From Hydrolagus affinis (Eukaryota): a stretch of 64,000 nt of DNA. The notes under the pieces were generated by a model. The model was given only the letters and a program-made list of their open reading frames with translations. It made no database searches and was not told where the DNA came from. The stretch spans positions 62,001 through 126,000 of the forward strand of contig JAAILG010000132.1 of NCBI GenBank assembly GCA_012026655.1, written 5' to 3'. Both the position numbers and the translations under genes were made by a program. Numbering within the stretch: position 1 is the first letter of the stretch; the number at the start of each line of letters is the position of its first letter. Of the stretch, positions 13,523 through 26,004 are shown in pieces.

Positions 13523-13770
13523 CTATCTAGTTGCTCTCTGCTGTATTCCCCCCAATGTCAAGATGGCATTATTGTACAATATTGACAAGAACTGTACACC
13601 ATACTCCAGGTGGGAACAGCTCAGGGCTTTGTACAAGTTCAGCATCAGTTCTGTTGAAGTGATTTGTCTATCAATCAGCCACCTCAAGATGCTATTTGCT
13701 TTATTTACTGACATCACACATTGTGCTGATGGGTTTATTGATCTCATCAGTCGTACCCCCAAATCCCAGT
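13523..13770 (-). mobile_element. CR1 LINE ORF2 fragment
   Basis: Translation SAQCVMSVNKANSILRW...LNLYKALSCSHLEYGVQF...IQQRATR matches the CR1 ORF2 C-terminal signature (KAN.ILG..LY.ALVRPHLEYCVQFW..VQRRATR). Confidence 0.88.
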
Positions 13771-14829
13771 CAGGTGCCGTGTCCCATAATAGTTAGATTG
13801 TGATAAATTCTCAAGCCAGCCCATTTCTCCAAGGAGGAGGTTTATGTCATGTCATCAATTTGCCTGCTTGCAAACAAGACTCGAACGTAAACAGTTTGAC
13901 CCAACGACATCCTCAATGAGCAGGACATCATCATAGAAACTACTGTGCATCCCGCAAGAGCATGCTCCTGCTGTTTTGAGATCGCCACTTCTGGAAGCAA
14001 TCCGAGCTGTTCCAGACTATTTTGAAAATTATAAATCTGCCTGAAATGACAAGAGGAGACAGCACACTGCCTTTAAGGTTAGAATGCCAATACTTAAGTG
14101 TTCACCAACCTAAATGCTTCAATATTAGCATTTGTCAGTGCAATTTTACAATACGTATAACCTTCTTTCCATTCCATTTTTTTTTCTAAGATCTCCATAC
14201 TATTGTATGTATGTCAATCTTATTTTGTTCAAACATTTGATGGTATGTTCACATGAAACTATTTGCTCATAAGTTGTCCATTCATAAAAACAAAATTAAT
14301 GGGTAACAATTGAATCCCAGAATGGGATAACCCATGGCCTTTCTGGCATTGAAGTGACATGACCCACCAACTCATGTTCTGCTATTAAGAATAAGCCTTC
14401 GACGCATTCCAAACCTTTGTTGAATGAACATGGGCCACAAATACTGTTAAGGGGCAAAAAGAGTACAAGTTCACTTTGGATCACTGGGGTGCACTGCAGG
14501 CAGGAAGAAAAGTGTTTATTAAATGAAACAGCTTGCTGCAAAGAGGAATTTAATACTGCAGAAATTAATAGGAAAAATCTGTGCATGGAGCAAACTATTA
14601 ACCCTTGGATGACTAGCAGGTCCAAGGAAATCCTATTTCATGGGCTAATGGGTTTAGCTCATTTTCATTTACTGAACTCTGACACTATAACAGTAATAAA
14701 ACCTCTGAAATGTCAGAAGCTACCATAATACAATTTTAATGTTAGATTTCAAACACAGATACTTTGATTAAAAACAACAAGGCTATAAGTATACAGTCTA
14801 AAAAGAACAAACTATGAGCAACAATTGGA

Positions 14830-15080
14830 AACGCCAGGGCTCTTAATTTTGAGAGAGGACAACTTTATAAAGGTATAACATTTCAAATGGGATTGAAAAA
14901 AGTTTTTCTTTACCCAGAGGGTAATTACTGATTGCCAAGATGGTAGTTGAAGTCAGGAATTGGACTCATTTGAAAAGCAGATTGATGGAGCCTTGGGAGG
15001 ATGACAGGGGTGGTATTCTAGAGAAAGTGATGAGATCAGAGGGGCTGAAGGGCCTTCTTTATCCAAACCAATCTTGTGAT
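14830..15080 (+). mobile_element. CR1 3' remnant
   Basis: ttctttacccagagggtaatt...gtagttgaagtc...tttgaaaagcagattgatgg...gggctgaagggcct. Confidence 0.65.
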
Positions 15081-15098
15081 CGGCAATTCAGTGAAGCC

Positions 15099-15198
15099 NN
15101 NNNNNNNNNNNNNNNNNNNNNNNNNNNNNNNNNNNNNNNNNNNNNNNNNNNNNNNNNNNNNNNNNNNNNNNNNNNNNNNNNNNNNNNNNNNNNNNNNN
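15099..15198. other. Assembly gap (100 N)
   Basis: Run of exactly 100 N abutting a SINE, which probably caused the contig break. Confidence 0.99.
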
Positions 15199-15348
15199 TT
15201 TTTTGGAGGGATTATTATTAGGCGTGTGGAGTAAGGAAACTTGCCCAAGGTTTCGCCCTGACCTGCCTGGATTTGAACACAGGTCTCCCCAGCTTGGTTT
15301 CCCCAGCTTGCAAGACAAGTGCTCTAACCACTGAGCCACAGGAGCTCC
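15199..15348 (-). mobile_element. SINE 5' half, cut by the gap
   Basis: aaggaaacttgcccaaggttt...gtgctctaaccactgagccacaggagctcc. Confidence 0.9.
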
Positions 15349-15379
15349 ATGTAGAGGAACCCTTACATCATAACCCATC

Positions 15380-15495
15380 ATAATAATAATAAACCTTGCA
15401 TTTGATATAGTGCCTGATCACATTATTGAGATGTCTCAACACGCTTCACGGAATATATTGTAAAATGGATTAACTGTATTTTGTGGGGGAGAAGA
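15380..15495 (-). mobile_element. SINE 3' fragment
   Basis: (AAT)n then ccttgcatttgatatagtg. Confidence 0.85.
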
Positions 15496-15832
15496 TATAC
15501 AAAAGAGAATGTCTCCACTCATGGCTACATAGAAAAAAATGTGTTGCGATCATCCTTATCCATTTGCTTGGGAATTGAATGTTACAGTGAATTAGCACTT
15601 TCAATTTCTGACCAATGTTGGAATCGAGGTTGAACTGCCTATGGTTTGCACTCACTGTCATTTTGCCTCTGTCTGTCTGCTGCAAGGTTATAAAATATAG
15701 TTTGGCCAGGTTTTTCTTTCAAAGTTCCTATTGGGCTCAAGTCCACACCATAAAGCTGCTCACAATTCAACACGTGTTGGTACTAAATTAGTATCTTATT
15801 CAAACAGACCACAGTACGGTTGGCAATGAGCT

Positions 15833-16183
15833 GGGCCAATAGAAAAGTGCGGCTGCAATTTTTCTGCAGAATCCGCTATAAACAGCGTCCGCCGCTATAA
15901 ACCCACACAAAAAAGTACGTTTTACCTGAAGTCACTGTGGGTGAGGTGGTTAGAAGCACTGCAATGTGACGGACCTGCGAGATCAGGCACAAATACCCTA
16001 ATTCTCACACATCTAATGTGTTATTTCTTCATGTTTAGTTTTTAATCAACTCAAAGGAAAAATGTCGATCGGTAGCAAAATGTACCTCAACACCACCAAT
16101 CAACTCGCCGCAAAATTTGCAAATTCCCAAGCAATTTGGGGAAATTATTTCCGCACTTTTCTATTGTCTATTGTCTATTGCCT
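15833..16183. mobile_element. Putative non-autonomous DNA transposon (MITE)
   Basis: Perfect 16-bp inverted repeat CAATAGAAAAGTGCGG (15837-15852) / CCGCACTTTTCTATTG (16151-16166) around a CpG-richer interior. No clear TSD. Confidence 0.6.
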
Positions 16184-19100
16184 CGTTGCCTCTATGGGCA
16201 ACGAGGCATGGAAATCTCACACTGGTCCAGTGGGAGAGGAACGGGTGAGATCTTCTGAGAGTGGAGTTTACACCCATTGTTTGGCACAGCAGAGTGAGCT
16301 TTACACAACATCCAAGTTGAGCTATAATGTCTGATTGTAAGACCTGCTGCAAAAATCCCTATCTGTTCCATTTCCCTGCATTGACATCCATCCCTGCATT
16401 TATTATGCGCCAAATAAATACGTCTCTTCCCCAGAAGTGACTAATTTATAAGGGTAATGCCGAATAAAATCATGTGTAATGTTTTGAGTTTTTTTAAAAA
16501 GTGACGGCTATTTAGAAAAAAATGGAGTTCAGTTATTATGTGTGTAATTATGATACTGTCCAGTTACTATTACCTCTCCATGTCATCCAAAAGGATCATT
16601 TAACACTGAAACAAAATGTGTTCTAAACATGTTTTTCCCAACTCCCCTCAAATTCCAATATTTTGCTTTTGAAATAAATGAATGCTTCTCAGATATAGTT
16701 GGTTTTCTGCCAACTTTGGTTTCAGGCAAACTGTGAGCACAGTGGTGACTGCTCCAAACCTTCAACGCCTCCTCAATATTAAGCCCAACCTTTCCTTGCA
16801 ATCTTTCTTTGAATTTCCTGAGCAGTGCAATTTACAGCATCGCAAATGTAGCTTGCAATTATGCTGGCCTAAGGGCAGTCAATTTTAAAATACATTTTCC
16901 TGTAGTTTATTAAACAGCCCACAATTTCTCAGGTGTAAATTTGATCTCTATGATTGTACTATTAAGAAATTAGAAAGTATTTAAAATAATGCATACTGTA
17001 GGCATTTCTGCTGCTGCTATCAATAAGTACCAGAGAGAGGAAAGGGGAGAGGAGGAGGGGGGAGTGAAAGAGAAAAATGTTGGGCCTACACAAATAAGGA
17101 GCCATGTTCTGCGAGAAGGTCAGACCCTGCTAATGTCATTTTCTACTTTAGCAACAAGAATTAAATGCACATATGTTTTCAATGACCCAGCCAAAGCTTC
17201 TTTGTCATTCTTGTGAACTACCAAAGCAGGGTTCTCAAAGGTTTTGTGGTAAGGAATGTACATCCTTAATCACTGTTACTCCTTAAGTATGTTCAGACTG
17301 AGCCCTTGTTAAAAAACAGTCTTTACTTTATAAAGGAACACCGGTCATGCAGTTAGGTCCTAGCTTTAATGTGGCAACATGTACTTAAATGTTCAGAGCT
17401 ACTTTCCCCCCTATATTTTGCTCATTATCAGGCTTCTGTGGAAACAATGCAGACAATTCTCTGGTCGTCAATAAAGTTGCCAATGTCAGTGGGCAAATAC
17501 TCAAATCTACACCTAAGAATTTGTAACAAGCCACAAAGCAATGCAAGTGGTAGCTTGTGCGTGTTTAAGGGAAGTGTCAATTCTATTTCCTCACACTAAA
17601 ATGTTAGTTTACTGTTCAATACTTTGGCAGTCAGTGGAATTCACACCATATATTTGTTATGTATAACAACACACAACTCGCCTTTAAAACAAATTTCATG
17701 ATTAAACGTGTAATAAAGCAATTAGTGAGAATAAGCTTCTCGTAAGCCACCAGAGATTTGGTTATCTTACTTTTGTAGCATTTTATTGCTATAATAAAGA
17801 AGGGTCGAGGTAGCCTCAATAATCTTTCCTTTCACTACTGTACAAGCAATATCTCCATTTAAAAAACATTAGGCAAATAAATGTTCAGCTGGATTACCTG
17901 GTTACTTTCATTAATACAGTGGGCCCAACTGCTAAAACCTTACTTATCATTAAGCCCCAATTAAAGCTTGGGTTTTCCCTGCCAAGGACCACGCAGAGAG
18001 AAGCTGAAAGAATTGCAATAATATCCACTATCGGGGGGATTCGCTAAACATCTTGTAAACAGTAAAAGTTCGGCAAGCAAAGACACACCATTAATAAATA
18101 TTAAAAGATTGAAACATGTGCAAAAATGGATTGTTCACCCAGTTTTGCTTCCCTGCACATTCACTTTTTATTCACTTTCCCAATGCTTCTGCTGCACGCA
18201 TTGCACTCAATTACATACAATGCACAAAACAGTGAGGTTATATTGCAAACGCAAACCTGGCTTATATTTCCAGATGCTGATTGATCATTTCCAGCATTTA
18301 CTGTCTTTATTTCAGAATTTCAGCATCTGTGGTTTTTAATTTTAGCTCTGTGCACATTACTGTACATGTTGTGTATAATTACTACCCTTCACTTGTTTAT
18401 TTGAACTAAAGTTGCCACAACATTGGCAAACACTGTCATTGCAAATGGAAATAAATACATTTGGTACAACTCTCATTTCAGAGTTGCCTGTAATGTTCCA
18501 AACACAGAATGAAGTGGAGTATTTTAAAATTGAGATCACAATTTTGGTGATATGAACCAAAATCAAATTATCGACTCCATTTCCATTACAGAAAGCATCA
18601 TAAGCCTACACAAATATTGTATTTATAAACCTTTTTTCAGATTAATGAAAAATAATAGAAACTGGATGCACACACTTAAATTTCTGGGAGTACTCGATCC
18701 TCTTATCCATTAGTATTTTTTTTATAAAAAGGCACCATTTGGCTTTTATTGCAATAGTGCTGCCTCACTAAGATCTGTGTATTAAAGTAACCAGAAACGT
18801 AACAGCAGAGTAGTAGTTTTAACATGATTTTAAAAATAACTCATGCTGTCAATAAATAAGATAAGTTGTTACGTATGCACAGCACTGCCCCAATCATAGG
18901 CACTTTAGTACTCAAAGTCATTCACTCAGAAACAAAGAGGCAGTTTGCTGGAGAAACTTGATGAGAGGAAAAGTATATTTTACATTCATGAACCTGGGAT
19001 TTGAATTTGTCAACAAAGGGAAATCAAATCGAATACAGTATCTCCGCACTGTGGCTGAAGCAATTGATCATAAAGCCGCATCCCACAAGTTATTTAAAAC

Positions 19101-19379
19101 ACATTTTTCAAGGGGATTTTAGTGTCCAACATAGATTAAGCCTGGATGATGAAGATCTGGCTTCCAGGAACTATTTTATCCTAGCTTTCGGATTCTCAGT
19201 GAAACCAATTTTACTACCACTCATTCTTTAATACAAGTAATGTATGGATCAATCCCTTCTCATCTACCTAAAAAAAAAGTAGACTGGCAGAGGACAGTAT
19301 TTTTGTTACATTGAAAGGAAGATTGTTTGAGCCAAATACAGTTTTGCCCGAGGTAACATATAATGTTTAGCTTAAAATA

Positions 19380-19731
19380 CTAAAAAACCTTGTTTATCCG
19401 GTACCCAACCGACCGGCATACTCAACCAACCGGTATCTCCCAATTGTATTGGACACTCGCGGCATGCTCACATTGTGCATGTATGTGCTCTTATTAAACT
19501 TACTGAACGCTGGAATGTTTTTTTACCGATCATTTTACAGAGTGAGCTGGAATGCTTTATTGGTAAGTATCCATACAATATTCTGTTATTATTTATTCTA
19601 TTATTAATACGGTATGTTTTAAAATAAGTTAATTTTTTGTGTAGGATTTTCAGTAACTTGCCGCTCGAATAGCCAGCATATTCAATTAACTGGGCAGGTC
19701 CCGAGGGTGCCGGATAATGAAGGTTTTACTG
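19380..19731. mobile_element. Tigger/pogo-like MITE (Tc1/mariner superfamily)
   Basis: 27-bp TIRs with 21/27 identity (right TIR reverse complement CAGTAAAACCTTCATTATCCGGCACCC), TA on both flanks (19378-19379, 19732-19733) and subterminal caacc(g/a)accgg repeats. Confidence 0.8.
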
Positions 19732-19741
19732 TACAACATTC

Positions 19742-20155
19742 TATGGGTTCATCAGAAGATAAAGTTCAAAATCCTCATCCTCCCTTCTAAAGCTCTCCAC
19801 AGCCTTGTTTTATCCTACCTCTGTGACTATTAATTTGGTTATTAACCTGTCCACTCCTTTCACTAAGCAGACTCTGACCTGGTCTATGTCCGGCCCGATG
19901 CATCATCGGTGGTCGGCCCTTCAGGTTCTCTTCCCTTGCCCTTTGGAACTCCATCCCACAGTCCCATTGCTTGGCTCCCTTCCTTGCCTCCTTCAAACCA
20001 CTTCTCAAGACGCTCCTTTTCAACCATGCCTTCGGCCACCCACTACCCCATCTCTACTCCACCCCTCCTAATCCCAACGTCTTGCTCCAGTCCACATCCC
20101 TGACTGTCCAGTGCCTTGGGACGTGAAAGGCACTATACAAATGTATTTTGTTGTT
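19742..20155 (+). mobile_element. L2 LINE 3' fragment
   Basis: WVHQKIKFKILILPSKALHSL (L2 ORF2 end), C-rich 3' UTR and gtgccttgggacgtgaaaggcactatacaaatgt followed by (TTG)n. Confidence 0.85.
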
Positions 20156-20194
20156 CTTTTCTTTAAATTTAAATTATTGGCCAAATAAAAACAA

Positions 20195-20376
20195 AAATAA
20201 ATTGGTAATTTTCAATCCACAACTGTTTGTGGGATACTGCTATGCACAATTGGCTGCTGCGTTACCCCCACAACTATACAGTCAATTCAGTTTACAGTAT
20301 ATTCTGTGAAGCACTTTGAGACATCTAGAAGACGTGAAAAGAGCTATATCAAATGCAAGGATTATTATTATTATTA
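20195..20376 (+). mobile_element. SINE 3' two-thirds
   Basis: Deu-like segment, L2-like tail and (TTA)n. Confidence 0.9.
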
Positions 20377-22670
20377 GACTATGAAGGTTATAATACACAA
20401 CAGATAAAAACATTGAGAAAATATGGTGACCATTACTCGGTGGGTGTGCCATTGTGACTATAGTTTGCATTGTGGTCCGAGCTCGAGTGAGTCACAGAGA
20501 CTAATAAGGAGGCTACGAAGTCATTTCAATTAGTCTCACAGTCAGTGGCCAACCGAAAGGACACAGAATTGTCAGCTATAATGGGGCATCGATTCATGGG
20601 TTGGGGGGAAACACGTAAACATAAGCGAGTGGATGCGTCACGCTGTTTGGTGCCCGAGCAATTTGCCATATAACTTGTCTTGAAAAATCACACACCCAAA
20701 TATTGAATTAGGGTACAGAAATCCAACTGAGTCGAGAAAGCCTCACCATGGTATAAACATTAACAACGTATAGCTGGTTGGAATAGTTAGGCTCCATATG
20801 ACACACAGAGGGAAACCATAACATTCCTCACACAGTTTAAATACTGTAATACACTGTCCAACAGATGTGGCGCTTTAAACCATGCTCTGCTTTTTATTTG
20901 AGCTTTTAAGGAGAAGTGCAGAGGTGCACGCAATACAAGCATGTTTTAAAGTTACGAAAGCTGTGTGTGGTTAAATTAAATTACATTGGGAAGATGGCAT
21001 TTCATGGGGGCCTAGCAGTCAGAAATAAAATTGAAAACACAATTTAAGGGTTAAAGAAAAAGTTTTGGCTCAGCCAAAAATTATAAGACACATTTGTCTG
21101 CTTGAATGGATAAACTAGCCAATTTTAGTATTCAATAAAACAATTGTGACAATTTAACATCATTCAATTAACTTGCACACATACACCATAGTCTTTTAAG
21201 CACAGAAATGATGCTCTACCCATGCAATCTACTCATGTTTTTTAAGATCTCCCAGTCTACTTAGAAAAATGATTCTCCCCTCTTAGAAAATCATGTTAAG
21301 ATCAACTTTTCTTTGGCAAGAAATGGAACAGATCTTATCAGTTCTTGACTGAAATTAAATTCTCCCGTGATGGAAGAGTGGAAATTCGGGAATTTGTCTA
21401 AATCTGTCTTCCCAAGTTTAAAGCAGTTTGAGCTTGGTCTACTTAGGTTACTGTTCAAACATGCATGTGTGTGTAAAAAAAAGTGCCACCCAATGCAGAT
21501 CACACCTTTAAAATTCTCCATCAACACCCCCAAAGTCCATTTATAAGCTCTTAACAAAAAAATTGTTTGAACACCTCTGATTAATTTACCAGCTCCTTCC
21601 TCTCCCGCTGGTTTTCATTTTGTTCCAATTGTTTTCAAACACGAGAAAAATACTTTTTAGATCTTTTGAACAGAAGGATGTCAATTGTTTTGAAATCTCA
21701 TTTTCCTTTTTAAAAGAATAAATTCCACAGGCGTGCCACTATAAAGAATATTTTCTTTTTCAACCTCAGGTGTTTTGAATTTCCCAATCTGAGATGCAGA
21801 ATACAACCTCAGTCAGATGTTGTAGTATTCTAATCTTACCTTTCATTATTGAAACCTGAGGGTTTTAGAAGATAAGCCTCTGCATTCACTTAAACTGATG
21901 GGACTTCTGTATTACTTCAACACACAGGCTGTAAATGTTTTACTTTGATTTAAGGTACATGACAATAAATTAGGGGTATTTATCAAAGGCGCTTTGTTGG
22001 AACAGTGAAAACCTGCCTAGCGCAGGGCACTTCTGCATAAATTACTGCATTATCCAAATACACTTAAGTTGGATCCTGTTGCTTTGATGTTGGCAATGTA
22101 GATTTATGTAATATGGAGTTTTTATTTATCCGCCCTGTTAACCTCAGTAAGAGCTCAACATTTCCATCAATTAGTTCCATACTTTAAAGATGACATGTGC
22201 ACATCACAGCTGAACTGTTATCAAGGGGAGAGCAAAGGTTTGAAGAAGCTTTTTTAAAAAAAAATGCATTTTGGACTTGAAAGTCGAAGCTTCTGTGCAT
22301 TTTAAAGGTGATTAAAAGTGTTTGATCAAAAGCAAATGTTCCAATGTTTTGTATTCATTTAAAGTTAACATCCTTTGGCAGATTCTTTGACTCATTTCAG
22401 CAAAATCATTTTTAACCCTTAGAAATTCCATCAGCCTGTATTTACACCAAAAGAGCATTCTCTCTTTAGGGACAGTCATGTGTCTTCACATTTGTGACTC
22501 CCACTCTGACAGGGATTAGATTGCTTCTAAAAACGAAACTCTGTACAGTACAACATTTGGGGCAGTGGAATTAGGTGAAAACAGGGAGGGATATGTAGAA
22601 AATGCACATGAAATTTGAAAAATACCCCAAGAAACAAAGAAATTAATCAGAGCTGATTAACATAGAAGAT

Positions 22671-22977
22671 AATAATAAAATAAATAATAATAATCCTTGC
22701 ATTTGATATAGCACTTTTCACATCTTCTAAATGTCTTAAAGTGCTTCACAGAATATACTGAAAAGTGAATTGACTGTATATTTGTGGGAAAAACGCGACA
22801 GCCAATTGCGCACAGCAGTGTCCCACAAACAGTCATGGATTAAAATGACAAAAAAAAATTTTGACGGATTATTATTAGGAGTGTGGAGTAAGGAAACTTG
22901 CCCAAAGTTTCGCCCTGACTTGCCTGGATTAGAAAACAGGTCTCACGCTTGTAAGGCAAGTGCTCTTACAGGACTTC
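22671..22977 (-). mobile_element. Near full-length tRNA SINE
   Basis: All family modules present; small deletion in box A. Confidence 0.92.
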
Positions 22978-23093
22978 ACAAAGATAAATAGTGCATCCAG
23001 GAGAATCATTGTAGTACTTTCCCTCAAGAAACTGACTGAGTACAAAATAGGACAAAGACAATGATAGTCTCAAGGGTTAAAAGGCTAAATTAC

Positions 23094-23122
23094 CTTTTCT
23101 TATCCCATGTTAGCTTGTTGGC
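23094..23122 (-). other. Candidate 29-nt exon with strong splice sites
   Basis: Minus strand: gatttttcatctcaaattcttcAG|GCCAACAAGCTAACATGGGATAAGAAAAG|GTAATT. Phase 0 reads ANKLTWDKK; phase 2 reads PTS then stop. Confidence 0.25.
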
Positions 23123-23692
23123 CTGAAGAATTTGAGATGAAAAATCAAAAATATCCGAGAAGAATTCCTATTGCAATCAAGAACAAAGGGAAGTCTATCA
23201 TCTTGCATAGTCTTCTTACAACAAGGATCTTCTACAATATATTTACTGTACATTTATTTCTACCCAAAACTATAGGCGAGATCTTCCTTATTTCATAAAA
23301 GTCAGCATTGCTTTACCCATTATATACACATTATTTTCCTGTTATTTGTTGATGCATTTTGTCACATATTCATTGTACATCACAGCTCATAGCTTCCTCA
23401 CAAATGCAGGCCTCAACCATATGAGTAGTTTTAGTTTTCATGTAAATGTGTTTAATGTACAATAATCCCAAAACTAATGTCTACTAGTCATCACAGATAC
23501 ATACAGATTGGATTGGGGCTTGCATGCTGAGCTCTCCAGAACCATCTGAATAGGCCTGTGTAAAATTCAATCTCCCAGTCAGTTATTCTATTAAAATACT
23601 GTACTGATAAAAAATAAATGTTTTAAGCATCACTGAATGCTTCATGCACAGGCCTACTTCTGAATTAATCCAACTTTAACTAGCACTAACTA

Positions 23693-23987
23693 CAATAATA
23701 ATGATAATAATTCTGTCGCTTGATAGTGTTTTTCACGTCTTCCAGGCGTCTCAAAGTGCTTTACAGAATATACTGTAAAGTGAATTGACTGTATATATGT
23801 GGGCGAAATGCAGCAGCCAAATTGCGCACAGCAGTGTCCCATAAACAGTCATGGATTGAAATGACCAATTTTTTTGATGGATTATTATTAGGCATTTAGT
23901 AGGGAAACTTGCCCAAGGTTTTGCCCTGCCAGGAATTGAACCCTTGCTTTTAAGGCAAGTGCTCTAACCACTGAGCTACAGAAGTCC
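23693..23987 (-). mobile_element. Full-length tRNA SINE
   Basis: All family modules present. Confidence 0.92.
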
Positions 23988-24269
23988 AATACTATTATTC
24001 AGGTATAAATCAAAGAAACTAATTCCTAGAAAAAAAGAATAAGCATGTCCCAAGATCACAAGAGAGGTTTGGATGGAAAAATTTTGATCCCATCCTTCAA
24101 CAATACCCACCCTTGACTTCTGCTGTTGATTATATCTGAAAGTATTGTTCTGGGTTTATTTTCTTAATCCTAATTAACAGTTTACAAATCTATAATAAGG
24201 TTCTCTCTGAGAAATCTCTATTCAACACTGGCTTGCATAACTGTCGTCGATGGCCCATTTATTGCTCGG

Positions 24270-24346
24270 GTCAGAAACACTGAGTGTCCAGCGCGTTAGG
24301 ACATCCAACTTGAAAGGCACTATACAAATATAATTTTGTTGTTGTC
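24270..24346 (+). mobile_element. L2 extreme 3' end
   Basis: gtccagcgcgttaggacatccaacttgaaaggcactatacaaat followed by (TTG)n. Confidence 0.75.
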
Positions 24347-25967
24347 GTATTGAGAATGAGTTGGTCTTCAGAGAGCGCATGCTAAGAGAGCAAAGAGAAT
24401 CAAATAAACCCCAAATATTGAGAAAGCTAGCACACAATGAAGATTAGAGCTGGAGGTGAGGAGCTAGTGAGTGGGGAGTTTTCTTTGACCTTGCAACGCT
24501 TGAAAGTAACTTGCTTCTGGCTACTTAGCAAGTGTATTTTGTAGTTCTGATATATACCTATAAATACCAACTGAAGTTTTTCCATAAACAGAAAATAGTT
24601 GGGATTTCAGTGCTTTTCTTATCTGAAGTGTTGTTTAAGTCTGGTTGCTTCAGGATCTCTCCATCTGTTAACTGATGAAGGTTCAAGATATAAGCCTTGA
24701 GCATGCTGAAGTAGTTTAATCACCCTTCAGTAACAATGAGAGCAAGAAAGCCTTTAAAATCCAATAAATTTAGAGGAAGAATTATCACATGAAAGTGGAC
24801 CCTTCTATGGTTAAGCATCCATTGAAAGTGATAACAGCTAGTGCTTTAGTTAAGACTGAACAAGCTTTAGCTGTGTCCTAAAGAAACAGAAGTAGCTTGA
24901 AGTCAAAGCTACTTTGGGCCCACCAATATCCATAATAATAGTCTGATGCAACTTGGGGCTTAGCAATGCAAAATATCTGACACAGGATTTCTCTTTGGGC
25001 AGCATTATCTCACAGCAAGTATCGCCTGAACCTTTCCGGAAGAAAAGTAGCCACTAAGAAAAACACTCTGAATCCACGTCACTTCCTTGACACAAACAGA
25101 GCACCTGCCTTGCAAATTGTGGAAAGGAAATACAATATTTCAGTAAATCTAGACGGCTCATAAGTAATTTTTCTCATATGGTTTATCATGAAGCTTACAT
25201 TCCATGACTGTCCATCACTTTTCTTTCAGGTAACTAATTTATTGCTCACCTGCATGATACACAAACCCATAACCCCTAAACTTGCAGTTGCTTTTACAAT
25301 CTTCAAAAATACAATGCCCAGTTATTCTTTTGAAAACAATCATGCACTTCGCTCAATTTCAGTCACAGAGAAGGAGAAGCAGAGCTTTCATTGTAGCTGC
25401 TTGTACTTAGGGCAGGGGAGCCGAGTGACACCGAAGTTCTCACGTACAATCCCCTTATTCAGCCTTCATAAAAGAAAAAAAATCTCAACATGGCTTGTGG
25501 GTGACAGCACAAGAACTTGCAGTCAAGAAAGTTAGCGCCAATGCGCTCTGTCAGACCATTAAAAAGTTAGCCTGGTATTCCCAGATATTGGAACCATGTG
25601 TGCTAAGGAATTTTTCTTCTGGTAAGACATTCCAAATATTGTACCACTGCCAAGCGCAGCGGTGTTAGGCTAATTTAAGCAGTATGTTGGAACCATCTCT
25701 TAGAACTTTGATCATCTGGAGATCGTTTGTTACAAATTGAACTAACCCAGTCTCTATTTCTGGTGGATCAGATCTCTGGATTTGTTGAATTAAATGCCTC
25801 ATTTAATACAGTTTGCACATGAAAGAAAGCTACACTCAGGAATCCACCGACAAATATTTCACGTAACCAAGTGCTCTCGTTTTTATTACTTTTAAACGTA
25901 ATCCATATTACACCCACACTGCTTCTAATAACCTCTGCCCTGCTTAGAGCTCATGTCTACAGAGGTT

Positions 25968-26004
25968 CATGTGTATATGTGTGTGTGTGTGGGGGGGGAG
26001 GGGG
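25968..26004. repeat. (TG)n microsatellite plus G-run
   Basis: tgtgtatatgtgtgtgtgtgtggggggggagggggt. Confidence 0.8.

Noticed and set aside
14940-15381. ORFs spanning the N-run
   Set aside because: Artefacts of the assembly gap.
15926-15974. 49-nt AG/GT-bounded minus-strand segment
   Set aside because: Inside a probable MITE and not frame-preserving; treated as a pseudo-exon.
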